A DNA stretch of 30,769 nt, from the NCBI RefSeq assembly GCF_006345805.1, contig NW_021832891.1, positions 1-30,769 of the forward strand. The letters run 5' to 3'. Of this stretch, positions 1 through 10,629 are shown piece by piece; position 1 is the first letter of the stretch; each line of letters opens with the position of its first letter. This DNA is from Octopus sinensis (Eukaryota). The position numbers and the translations under genes are program-made. A model generated the notes under the pieces. That model searched no databases, was not told the DNA's origin, and saw only the letters and a list, made by a program, of their open reading frames with translations.

Positions 1-218
1 GTGTGTGTGTGTGTGTGTATGTATCTATGTATTATGAAAATGTGTATATGTGTTTGTATATGTATGTATATGTGTGTATGCGTGTATTTCTATGTATGCG
101 TGTGCATGAGTGGAAACAAGGATCACTTGATGATGAGAAACGTAATTTTTATTGGGAACTCCTTACTCCGAGCTTCTCGGTTTTGATCTTTGAACAAATA
201 AATGTATATACATATATA
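1..218. repeat. (GT)n/(AT)n-rich simple repeat and AT-rich spacer
   Basis: Direct: gtgtgtgt/tatgtatg runs. The ORFs at 1..186 and 3..242 are repeat translations. Confidence 0.75.
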
Positions 219-389
219 GGCGCAGGAGTGGCTGTGTGGTAAGTAGCTTGCTAACCAACCACATGGCTCCGGGTTCAGTCCCACTGCGTGGCATCTTGGG
301 CAAGTGTCTTCTGCTATAGCCCCGGGCCGACCAATGCCTTGTGAGTGGATTTGGTAGACGGAAACTGAAAGAAGCCTGTCGTATATATG

Positions 390-426
<37 letters not shown>

Positions 427-627
427 TTGTCCCCCTAGCATTGCTTGACAACCGATGCTGGTATGCTTACGTCCCCGTCACTTAGCGTTTCGGCAAAAGG
501 GACGATAGAATAAGTACTAGGCTTACAAAGAATAAGTCCCGGGGTCGATTTGCTCGACTAAAGGCGGTGCTCCAGCATCGCCGCAGTCAAATGACTGAAA
601 CAAGTAAAAGAGTAAAAGAGTAAAGAG
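219..627 (+). mobile_element. tRNA-derived SINE, family B, full length, with internal (TA)/(GT) microsatellite
   Basis: Head GGCGCAGGAGTGGCTGTGTGGTAAG with B-box-like GGTTCAGTCCC; 3' tail (GTAAAAGA)n. A near-identical inverted copy lies at 20126-20546. Confidence 0.9.
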
Positions 628-689
628 TATATACTTATGTAGGTAGATAGGTACGCGCGCGTGCGCACGTGTGTGTGTGTGTGTTTTGA

Positions 690-2578
690 TTATAATTAAT
701 AGTTAATTTCAACTGGCCACCTGCCAAGTAGCAAGGCCGAGAAAGAAAGTATCTTGTTTCGTTCGCTATCCTTTAAATTTTAAGAAGGTTTTGCAGATTT
801 TCATTATCCCACATATCGTGATCAGATGTAGCGTATGAATTAAGAAGTTGCGTTCTCTCTCCAAGAACCCGAGTTCAGCCGTTCTTTGCCGTGTGCCCTG
901 TTGCTCCAATAATAATAGATATGTAACTGAAAATGCATCTTGGATGATACTAGATTTGCAAACGCTTTAGCGTTGGTCCATAGACCCTGTCTTTGTCTTG
1001 TATTTTTCTGTCAAGAGCTCAGAGGACAGCCGAATCACACCACAGTAGTATTTTTTTCTTGTGGTCCCACGAAACAATATCTGGCCAGTTGTGTTTTAAC
1101 TTGATAGCTGTTCCAAGTTTTAAATTCCACCAATATTCTTATAAGATATTGGTTTCATGAGAGTTGACTTTGTTGTTATTTTCTTATTTCCTTATTCTGT
1201 TCCTGACTGGTCTGACCACTGCATCATGTTCCACGAGCAGATAATATCTCGAAGACATTCTCTCGCAGTTGGTAATACTATGGTCGATGTCTTCAGTTTT
1301 AGTGTTGCACGGCTTACATTTGTTATCCGTCACTGTTTTCTGCCTTTTATTCTTAGGCATTCGGTGAAGGATCCCTTGTCCTTGAATTGCATGCGAGTGA
1401 ACTTCAAAGTGGAACATCAGAAAGCATGAGTATTCCATACCAATCTTATGATATGATTTAGTGCCTTCTATAGCTTATGTCGATTTCGATTCCCAGACCG
1501 GGCGTTGTGAGTGTTTATTGAGCGAAAACACCTAAAGCTCCACGAGGCTCCGGCAGGGGATGGTGGTGATCCCTGCTGTACTCTTTCACCACAACTTTCT
1601 CTCACTCTTACTTCCTGTTTCTGTTGTACCTGTATTCAAAGGGCCGGCCTTGTCCACTCTCTGTCACGCTGAATATCCCCGAGAACTACGTTAAGGGTAC
1701 ACGTGTCTGTGGAGTGCTCAGCCACTTACCCGTTAATTTCACGAGCAGGCTGTTCCGTTGATCGGATCAACCGGAACCCTCGTCGTCGTAACCGACGGAG
1801 TAAGAGAAGAAATAGCTTATGTCTCTCGTGCCAAGAACCCATGCACTACCTCTCAATGTACGGGTTCATTTTTCTTTTCATTGTTCTGATAAACAAAATT
1901 AAACAATTCCACTTGCGAAGCGATCTGCCTCAGCTCTTATTTCATGTCTGTTCTCAAATTCAGTTGCTATCCTAACGATGCTGTTCTTTTCGTGCTCGCA
2001 AACTTGCCAGGAGAGTTACTGTCCTCTTTCCACTGCTGTAGATATTGCCTCGGTCTCACAATACGTGCTTCATATCACATCAAACAGATCTAAGACCCCG
2101 ATCATCTTCCTTGCGTGAGAAGTAGAGCCTGTATATATCTACATTAATGCTGAAGGCTCTGGTAACATTGAGCAGCTTGCGACTTCGTACAGCTATCTCG
2201 TTGAGCTCTTGCAGTGACCAGTTTAGAAGGCTAAATGTGGGCGTGAGGAAAGGCACTGCAAAGATGTTGCAGCTGATAGGCGATATGCTTGTTGTAAATA
2301 GAGAGTTTATATGACCATGTTTTTAAAAATTTTTCTTAGGGTATTCATTCCTCTCGTTTTTGATGGATCCATCATAGCTGACATTTTCATCCTGTCCAAG
2401 ATACTTGTAGCTTTCCTCAGGGAGTAAAAGCTACACTTTTAAGTCATTATGTTTAGTGTTTAGGATGAAAGCACAATTTCTCCCCGTTTTATTATCAAAA
2501 TTGTACATAAACAATCATCAAATTCCACCGTTTTTAGAAAACGGAATTATAAGAGCCAATTACGTTTTGATTTTCAAC
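690..2578 (-). mobile_element. 5'-truncated, decayed R4/Dong-clade (RLE) non-LTR retrotransposon covering RT C-terminus, CCHC knuckle, RLE nuclease and 3' UTR; interrupted by a SINE
   Basis: Minus-strand translation with stops and frameshifts gives EESYKYLGQDENVSYDG (RT), FEVHSHAIQGQGI...KCKPCNTKTEDIDHSITNCERMSSRYYL (zinc knuckle), KHNWPDIVSWD and IIIGATG...MKICKTFL (RLE end). Confidence 0.85.
1482..1811 (+). mobile_element. 5'-truncated tRNA-derived SINE (family D) inserted into the LINE, with 12-bp TSD
   Basis: TSD ATAGCTTATGTC at 1470-1481 and 1812-1823. Begins with B-box-like TTTCGATTCCC. Removing it restores the LINE reading frame. Confidence 0.88.
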
Positions 2579-2826
2579 ATATGTGCGTGTGCCCTTGTGC
2601 ATTTATGTATGTATTTGTATATATGTATTTATTTATATATGTACGCATACACTGACATACAAACACACACACACGAAATTATATCATATAAGTTCTACTA
2701 GATCACTTGCATAAGTTATGTTGATGTACAGAGCAAAGTATATCCACTTTTTGTTTGTCGAGTTATGTGATTTGGTATGTATATGCTTGCTCCTTTTAGC
2801 GTGTATACTTGTGTAGATATGTGTGA

Positions 2827-2988
2827 CAAATAGGGGTTGCAATGGAGCACTTGCAGAAAACAGCATTGCTTGGAACTGCTCGAATACTCTAGAGGGTGCT
2901 TGAAAAATTAGCGTGTCAATTCAAGTCACTGGTTGTAAACACCTGACACAGTAATACATGCCCAACGTTAGAAGATGAGCAAAGAAAA

Positions 2989-3021
<33 letters not shown>

Positions 3022-3024
3022 GAT
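2827..3024 (+). mobile_element. R4/Dong-type LINE extreme 3' fragment with (TGA)n tail
   Basis: QIGVAMEHLQKTALLGTARIL*RVLEK, typical of the R4-clade ORF C-terminus, followed by about 80 bp of UTR and (TGA)n. Confidence 0.8.
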
Positions 3025-3207
3025 AGGGGGAACGTCATAGCCATGTGTTGGGAAGAATTCTTTGGGGTTTGGATAATTCACCTCTGGAAACATGGGTGTT
3101 TCATTCAACATCATTAAACAACCCTTATTCAGGGACCTTTTGAGCCGGATGGGCTACACAACCTGAAGAAAATTCTAACTGGGCCCCCACCTACCAGGTC
3201 ATCCGCT
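3025..3207 (+). mobile_element. Internal fragment of an interspersed SINE-like repeat
   Basis: Non-coding, GC-richer block between two microsatellites. It resembles an octopus SINE body from memory only; there is no second copy in the window. Confidence 0.4.
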
Positions 3208-3290
3208 GTGGTGGTGGTGGTTTTGGTGGTGGTGGTGGTGGTGGTGGCAGAAGCAGCAGCATCACCAGTGTAGTAGTAGTAGTAGTAGTA

Positions 3291-3343
<53 letters not shown>

Positions 3344-3409
3344 TAGTAGGTGGTGGTGGTGGTGGTGGTGGTGTGGTGGTGGTGGTGGTAGGTAGTAGTA
3401 GTAGTAGTG

Positions 3410-3460
<51 letters not shown>
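3207..3460. repeat. Compound (GGT)n/(AGT)n microsatellite
   Basis: Direct. Confidence 0.95.
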
Positions 3461-4132
3461 AAAAAAAACCAACTCATTATTGATTGATCCTTCAGTGGCA
3501 GTGGATCTAAAACATTCTCTTGTTAGTGGATTTCTATGAAGATTCGTCTTTTAACAGTGTTTACCGTCATCGTTGGCGCAGCTGCAAACCACTTCCTTTC
3601 TACGTCTCCTTCGTACCAGCCCCATTACTACCACAGCTGAAAGTGAAAGTGAAAGTAACTGCGATACTCTATTCCCTCTTTATAATTCCAACAACACTTG
3701 CCTCTAACTTTCTCTCCACAATAACGTCGTCGTCACCGCTGCCATCTTTCTTTCTTTTTTTTTTTTTCATCCCGCTTCGTTCTATCCTTGTAAAAATCAT
3801 CATAATCGTTATTTTGGTGCTGTTAACATTAATTATTACAGCTGTTTGATCAGCCTTCGTTTTTGTCTTTATTTTCACATTTCCTTTTGTCTGACTTCAC
3901 TTCGCCCATACAAAATGTAAAATATGTTTCTCCGTGCGCGGCGCACGCGTGTGTGTATGTGTGTGTGTGTATGTACATTATAAGACCATGCGATTTCAAA
4001 ATATTAAATTTTAAGAAATTCTTTTAGTTTTTGCGCATCTCAAAATACACTTGGCAAACTTAAATACACCAGCACATGGCCACACATAGGATAGGCACAT
4101 CTTATCTACCTATCTAGCTAGCGAGCTATGAG

Positions 4133-4220
4133 AAAGTGCGTGGTCTAGTTGTTAGAGTGATGCAGACAGTTTCGGAAGACAGTTGTTTCGATTCCCAGAC
4201 GGGCCGCGTGTTGTGCTCTT
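4133..4220 (+). mobile_element. Isolated tRNA-like SINE head
   Basis: GCGTGGTCTAGTTGTTAGAG (A-box-like) and TTTCGATTCCCAGAC, similar to the heads at 1482 and 5690. Ends at the (TAT)n array. Confidence 0.65.
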
Positions 4221-4257
4221 GTATGTATAAATTATTATTATTATTATCGTTATTATT

Positions 4258-4620
4258 ATTTTTTTTTTCTTCTTCTTTCAAATTTGCTTCCATTTCTTGC
4301 CGAGGGTCTTCCCGACTCCTAGGGCAAAGAAACTCATAGTATACATTGGTAGGCCATTAAACCAAACTCAATAGTTCGTTCATTTTTTTTTTTTTAGGTT
4401 AAATTAAAATACATGGGCAGTAACAGTTCTCAGCGACAATGCTCTTCTCAATACGTGTGATGTACCAGTTAAGACAATCTTTTGCACTTCTTGCAGGGAT
4501 GGTAAGCCAGGGATCATTCTCATATAATTTTCGGTTCCCATCTTGATCATTCCTAGTGCTCCTACGATCACTGGTAATGATCAAGAAGGGAACCGAAAAA
4601 TTATATGAGAATGATCCCTG
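4258..4620 (-). mobile_element. Dong-like (R4 clade) LINE 3' fragment embedded in (TAA)n, with a fold-back inverted duplication at its 5' end
   Basis: Minus strand reads PVIVGALGMIKMGTENYMRMIPGLPSLQEVQKIVLTGTSHVLRRALS. The 3' UTR ends AAATTTGAAAGAAGAAG-A9-(TAA)n. (TAT)n arrays lie on both sides (about 4228-4260 and 4627-4656). Confidence 0.85.
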
Positions 4621-4655
4621 ACTTAAATTATTATTATTATTATTATTATTATTAT

Positions 4656-4762
4656 TGAGTGAGCGAGCAGAGCATGCCATCAAAGTGACACTGGGGTAAA
4701 TATACGAAGCCCAGTATACCCATCATGACTACCCGTCTGATAAGGGTACACCAGGCACATGT
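4656..4762 (-). mobile_element. SINE-like 3' fragment with (AAT)n tail
   Basis: About 105 bp of GC-richer sequence flanked by TAT arrays on both sides. Family recognised from memory only. Confidence 0.55.
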
Positions 4763-4861
4763 TATTATTATTATTATTATTATTATATTATTATATTATT
4801 ATTATTATATTATTATTATTAATTAATAATAATATAATAATAATAATAATAATAATATAAT

Positions 4862-4893
<32 letters not shown>

Positions 4894-4915
4894 ATGATGA
4901 TGGTCCTGATAATAA
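4763..4915. repeat. (TAT)n switching to (TAA)n microsatellite (self-complementary array)
   Basis: Direct; the strand polarity switches near 4820. Confidence 0.9.
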
Positions 4916-4918
4916 TGA

Positions 4919-5135
4919 GGCAGTGAGCTGGCAGGATCGTTAGCACGCTCGACGAAATGCTTAGCGGTATTTCGCCCGTTGCTACGTTCTAACTTCCAAT
5001 TCCGCCGAAGTCGACTTTGCCCTTTATCTTTTCGGGGTCGATAAATTAAGTTCCATATACAAATTGGGGTTGATGTAATCGACCAGTCCCCTCCCCTCAA
5101 ATTTTAAGGCTTTGTGCCTTTAGTAGAAAGGATTA
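4919..5135 (+). mobile_element. SINE family A, tail type i
   Basis: GGCAGTGAGCTGGCAG head, GTCGACTTTGCCTTT core, tail ...GTGCCTTTAGTAGAAAGGATT. About 10 copies of this family are in the window. Confidence 0.9.
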
Positions 5136-5165
5136 TCATTATTATTATTATTAATTCCCAATGTA

Positions 5166-5340
5166 AGGTGGCGAACTGGCAGATTCGTTAACACGCCGGG
5201 CAAAATACTTAGCGGCATTTTTGTTCGTCCTTACAGTCTGAGTTCAAATTCGCCAAAACTAAATACCAGTTAAACACTGAGGTCGATGTTATCCCCCCCC
5301 CACGAAATCGCTGTCCTTGTACCAAAATTTGAAACCATTA
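5166..5340 (+). mobile_element. SINE family A, tail type ii, internally deleted
   Basis: Same head; lacks the core segment; ends CCAAAATTTGAAACC. Confidence 0.85.
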
Positions 5341-5440
5341 TTAATGTTCAGTATCTGTAATAATTTTATTATGTTTGTCACACTGTATTTACAGTTTTCT
5401 ACATGAAACTGTAGGTTTCTAAAATTTGGGTTGATAGAAG

Positions 5441-5490
5441 GTAATCCTTGACGAGTCTTTAATAAGAGACGAAACTCGTCAGTTCAATTG
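5441..5490 (+). ncRNA. Degenerate minimal hammerhead-ribozyme-like motif (possible Penelope-like or retrozyme remnant)
   Basis: (T)TGACGA-GTCT-ttaataag-AGAC-GAAA-C-tc-GTC: the core and stem II are present, C3 is replaced by T, and stem I is poor. Confidence 0.4.
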
Positions 5491-5689
5491 TCGTTTCTAA
5501 TTGTCAAAACTTCTGTTGTTTAGTCTCGGGTTTTATTTTTCACTTCAGGATTAAATATAAATTTATTAATTATATCATATACGTATTTTGTCTTTATTCA
5601 TAGCCATGCTGTTGGCATGCTAGTTGTCACGCTCAAATACACCCACACCCACATATATATATAATTATGTATGTATGTATATGTGTGAA

Positions 5690-6017
5690 GGCGCGTGTCT
5701 CACTGGTTAGAGCGTCGAGCTTACGATCGTGAGGTTGTGAGCTCGAATCCCGGACCGGGCTGCGTGTTGTGTTCTTGAGCAAGACACTTTATTTCACGTT
5801 GCTCCAGTTCACTCAGCTGTAGAAATGAGTTGCGGCGTCACAGGTGCCAAGCTGTATCGGCCTTTGCCTTTCCCTTGGACAACATCGGTGACGTGGAGAG
5901 GGGAGGCCGGTATGCATGGGCGACTGCTGGTCTTGCCCAGACTTGTGCCTCAGAGTAACTCTCTAGGTGCAAACTCATGGTCAGTGTCTGACCGAAGGGG
6001 GTCACTAAGTCACTAAT
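5690..6017 (+). mobile_element. tRNA-derived SINE, family C
   Basis: GGCGCGTG head, A-box-like TGGTTAGAGCG, B-box-like GCTCGAATCCC, then a non-tRNA body of about 250 bp. Confidence 0.85.
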
Positions 6018-6141
6018 ATGTGTGTGTATGTATGTGTGTATATATATATATGCATATATATATACATATATACACACATATGCATAATGTGTATGTGTAT
6101 ATATATATATACATATGCATACATATACACACACATATACA

Positions 6142-6211
<70 letters not shown>

Positions 6212-6230
6212 ATATATATATATATATATA
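6018..6230. repeat. (TA)n/(CA)n microsatellite
   Basis: Direct. Confidence 0.95.
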
Positions 6231-7087
6231 AACTTAGATAACTTAGATATGTTTCGACCAAAGATTGGTCCAGACCATGTCTAATTTAATACCACCACCT
6301 GATAGGATTATTCGAATCCTGTTTAAGTCAAGTTTTGTTTATGTCAAGTTTTGTTCAAGTAGTGAGTTCTTGTTGGGTGAGTTGTATCCAGTTTTGTTCA
6401 AGTAGTGAGTTCTTGTTGGGTGAGTTGTATCCAATTATGGGTGGCTTATCTGGTATTCTTTGAAGGAATCTATCCAGACTCTGTTTAAAGTTGATGGGAT
6501 CCTTTTCCTCTTTGATCTCTCTCGGGACAATGTTAAATAGGGCAGGGCCTGTTGAGGAAAAGAAATCATGTTGCAGTGTACATGTATGTTGTGATCTTGA
6601 ATTTGGCAGGGGACGTATAGCCCGTAGTCCAAGTCTTGGATGAACCTTGACGCTAATGTTTAGGTCGTTTGGGCAAAGTTGGCGGTATATTTTCCACATC
6701 GTACAAATGATGTACCGCTCACGGCGACGCTGGAGGGAGTAAAGTTTCAAGGCTTTAAGGCGATCCCAATAATCGAGAGCAGCCATGCCTTCAATTTGTT
6801 TAGTGAGAGTCCTCTGGGGTGACTCAATTCTGGAGATGTTTTGTCTTGTGTGAGGAGACCACAGTGGGCAGCAGTATTCAAGGTGTGGCCGTACAAAGGA
6901 TGAAAAAAGTGGTATGATGACACCTTGTTCTCTGGACCGGAAAGTTCTTAAGATCCAGGAACTCATCCTACGAGCTATATCGACCTTCTTGTTGATGTGT
7001 GCACTCCAACTGAGATCGTCATCAACAATTACACCCAGGTCTCTGATATTGTTAGAGGCTGTGAGCGGTTCCCCTGAAGGAAGAGAG

Positions 7088-7089
<2 letters not shown>
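6231..7089 (-). mobile_element. 5'-truncated CR1-group LINE (ORF2 C-terminus and 3' UTR) within (TA)n
   Basis: YSLPSGEPLTASNNIRDLGVIVDDDLSWSAHINKKVDIARRMSSWILRTF...FVRPHLEYCCPLWSP...IESPQRTLTK...YSLQRRRERY is an open frame, which suggests a young copy. Tail is (ATCTAAGTT)2. Confidence 0.92.
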
Positions 7090-7132
<43 letters not shown>

Positions 7133-7152
7133 ATAATATATATATATATAAT
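7090..7152. repeat. (TA)n microsatellite
   Basis: Direct. Confidence 0.95.
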
Positions 7153-7769
7153 ACACTTATGTTGTCCTCTGCATATTCAAACACTCTCTAAGTCTTTCAC
7201 TCCCAACCCGCAAACAGTCAGGACGTGACACCTAGTCGGAGAGGGAGCGCCACCAGTACGTGGCTAGTAATTCATTCATTGACTCGGAAAGGATCATTAT
7301 TATTAAACATCACCATATTTTTTTCATTTAAACTTCCCAAAACCAAAATTGAAAAATAACTATGGGACTGTTACTGATAGCAAAATACCAAACCAAAACC
7401 ATCAATACACACAGATATATCACACATAAAATATCATGAAATCTACCACAATTTAACCATTGCATTCATTTTACATTCGGCATTATAACATTTATAACTG
7501 TTGTCAATTATTACAGTATTCTCATGATATTTGTTTACCTAAAACAAAGTGCTCAAACAAAGCACAAGATAAATGTTTTATTCTGATGATGAGACCAGAA
7601 AGATCTCAACACAAAAAGGGATGGAGGGTTAAGGAACAGTATTGTTCTAAATTAAACTCAAAGAATTAATAAGGAAATATTTTTTTTAAATCCGTAATAA
7701 AGAATAATTCGAACATAATCGTTTCTTTAATGCAAGATGTTCGAAAAGCTTTTCTCTTTCATTTTACAC

Positions 7770-7781
7770 AGGTGTGTCTGT

Positions 7782-7864
<83 letters not shown>

Positions 7865-7920
7865 CGTTGTATACGTACATGTGTTTATGTGTGTACACGC
7901 GCGCGTGCGCGTGTGTAACT
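7770..7920. repeat. (GT)n microsatellite
   Basis: Direct. Confidence 0.95.
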
Positions 7921-8774
7921 GTTTGGATACCTTATTTAAGTCTTTTGTAACAGATATTGGAATCTGCAAAGAATACTTTGAAGTAACTTATTTTACTGTC
8001 GGATTTTATCCCTGTTCAAACGTAAGAGATCATGAAAGAATTTTAAAACAGGTTTGTTAGTCAAATCATTTAGATGAGATTTATTCCTATGCCTGTATTT
8101 CGACGTCATCTCATTTCCATACAATCAGTGCTTTGAAAACATAGCAGTGTTCTAGTTTTATTTTTCATCAAGATTTTTTTTCATATTTTCATACAAGTTT
8201 TGTCTGGAAATGTAGAATTCCTATTTCCATCATCCTTGATCTTCCGTTGTCGCATCTCAGAGGAAGTAATATCGGCCTTTTCATTGTTACACAGAAGGTA
8301 GAGTGAATGTGATTGGTGCAGGCATATTACCTAAAATTTGAATTTTGACCTTTACATTCAGACGACATCATTCGGTTGTTTATTTTTTTGTTCATCAATG
8401 TATAGTAAATATTAAGTGTGCGTATATTTTTGCAGCGTGATCAATTATAAATATCAATTCCGTTATTAATTGTCTTTGGACGGTGTAATAGAGCACAGAC
8501 GATTTTTCTAATTAGTCTTGTTCTGTTTTGTTTGATGTCGTCGTGCACCGGTTAAAATCCATCTTCCTGCGGTAATGTATTCAATAATTATATTAACCTT
8601 GATTATAATACTCAGGCAAATCACGCACCAACAATTCTTCATCGAGGAGGGGTTAAGAAGTCTAGAAATGTGATAATGGGTTTTGAAATTTTAATGCTGG
8701 AAACAAACGGCGAGTAGCTCATCCGAAAATATCAAAAACTGCCATAAAAATATAAAATCTAGAATACCCTTATG

Positions 8775-9294
8775 TGTGTATGTAGTATGTGCGTGCGTCT
8801 GAGTTGCTTATGCATGAATATATAAAATTATCTAAATATATATATGTGCGTGTGTGTATGTGTGTGGTGTGTGTGTGCGTGTCTGTGTGTGTGTATAGAT
8901 ATAGATATATGCATATATACATGTTTATGTATAAGTATGTACATATGTATATATGTATAAGTAATGTATATATGTACATATATATGTGTGTGTGTATGTG
9001 TGTGTATGTATGTATGTATGTATATATGTATATATATATATATATGTATATATTATATTAAATTAGAGACTCAATTATCAATTATCTTTTTTAATAATTT
9101 TGATATATATTTAAAATAATATAAATTAATTAATCTTATGTATTGGCTTGAGTTTTTCATTGTATGATTTGCCTAATAGTGGTTTTATGTCTAATTTAAT
9201 ATACTATAATATTTTACTATAAAATTGGATTCAATCCTAAATCTGATTTCTCCCTGTAAGTTTGGATTTATTCCCTAATATTTTATTATATATG

Positions 9295-9384
<90 letters not shown>

Positions 9385-9415
9385 ATATATACATATATAT
9401 ATATACACGTATTAT
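8775..9415. repeat. GT/TA microsatellite complex enclosing a 230-bp very AT-rich block (9060-9290) that is probably an interspersed repeat, possibly Penelope-like
   Basis: The microsatellites are direct. The identity of the inner block is from memory only. Confidence 0.55.
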
Positions 9416-9456
9416 TTATTTATTAGTATAAATATCATTATTGTTTTGTTTTTCAG

Positions 9457-9716
9457 AGCTCTGGGCTATGGTGGAGCAGGAAATCCTTATTCTCTTACGT
9501 CAAGTTATCCAACATTTTGTGGTGGATGTTATTACAAACCCTCAGCAGCAATTGAACCCGCGCCCACATTCCCTCCACCGTTTCGACTTGTTTAAGATGT
9601 TAGTCGACGATGAAGAGTGGCGAAAACTGAAAGACAATGTCGCGTGTCATTACAAGACGATAAAGAAGAAATATTTCCACGTCAGTGAAGCGGAATGGAT
9701 GGTTTCATGGAATTGA
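9457..9716 (+). other. Candidate orphan exon (unverified)
   Basis: Strong acceptor ttgttttgtttttcag|A at 9456/9457, GC-richer block, with two open frames (45 aa and about 86 aa). No recognisable domain. Confidence 0.2.
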
Positions 9717-9829
9717 TGAAGTTTCGAAACGTGGTACAACGAAATTACAAGCGGAACGTCAAAAAAAAAAAATGAAGGGATCTGAAACTTTGACTTAATT
9801 TGCTACCATATCAGATTAACAAAAATTAC

Positions 9830-9832
9830 TAC

Positions 9833-9887
<55 letters not shown>

Positions 9888-10002
9888 TAATAACAACAAC
9901 AACAACAACAACAACAACCACAACAGTAATAATAATAATAATAATAATAATAATATAATAATAATAATAATAATAACAACAACAACAATAATAGTAATAA
10001 TA
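9830..10002. repeat. (AAT)n/(AAC)n microsatellite
   Basis: Direct. Confidence 0.95.
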
Positions 10003-10184
10003 AGGCAATTATTAATGTTGTTCAGTACCTTGCTACTTGTCCTTGTTGATGCTTGTTGTACGCATACTGATAAATTGATTATCTCTGCAGCAACAAAGTT
10101 CTCATAAGAAATTGGATTACATTTCAAACAGCTAAACCTGAAACAGCTGTAAAGGCGACTCTACTGACGTCACATAAGTCAGAT

Positions 10185-10372
10185 TTGACTTGCTAGAAAC
10201 AGTAGATAAATATCTCTCAAATCATACCTAACCGTCTTAAAAGTGGAAGAGCGATCATGTGGTCCTGGAGATCAATAAGAAGGCACAACAGGTGCAGCTG
10301 GATTCCTTTGATCATAGGTCTGGGTCTGCAGGGTCTGCAGGGTCAGAGCTGGCCTGTGATTAAACAACAATA
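10185..10372 (+). mobile_element. SINE-like 3' fragment ending in an (AAC)n tail
   Basis: Ends ...CCTTTGATCATAGGTCTG...GCTGGCCTGTGATTAAACAACAA; recalled as a common octopus repeat end. Confidence 0.45.
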
Positions 10373-10629
10373 ATTATAAAGCTATTTCTTTACGCAAATC
10401 TTGGACAACCTCCTACCCACGTGACCTGATGGTACGCCTAACGAAAAAATTACTTAAATTTTTTTTTTTTTTTTAGTAGTGCAACCTGCTTGATGATGAG
10501 TTATGCCTCATGCGCCCCGCTTCTCGAAAAAGGTTGTCCATGCCTGCTATACATGGTCAATACCTCTACTAAATGAATCTCTCACGTAAACAAACTAACA
10601 GACTCTGGTTTAGTTTAACAAATCTTGTT

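Noticed and set aside
5690-5765. tRNA gene (also at 219, 4133 and the family A heads)
   Set aside because: A/B-box-like motifs continue into SINE bodies, and I could not fold a complete cloverleaf with an acceptor stem.
7583-7612. CTGATGA motif suggesting a hammerhead ribozyme
   Set aside because: No GAAA follows a proper stem II, and there is no NUH site in position.
8270-8560. Several AG/GT pairs and a hydrophobic stretch (IFLISLVLFCLMSSCTG)
   Set aside because: No in-frame ATG, weak donors, and no consistent phase chain.
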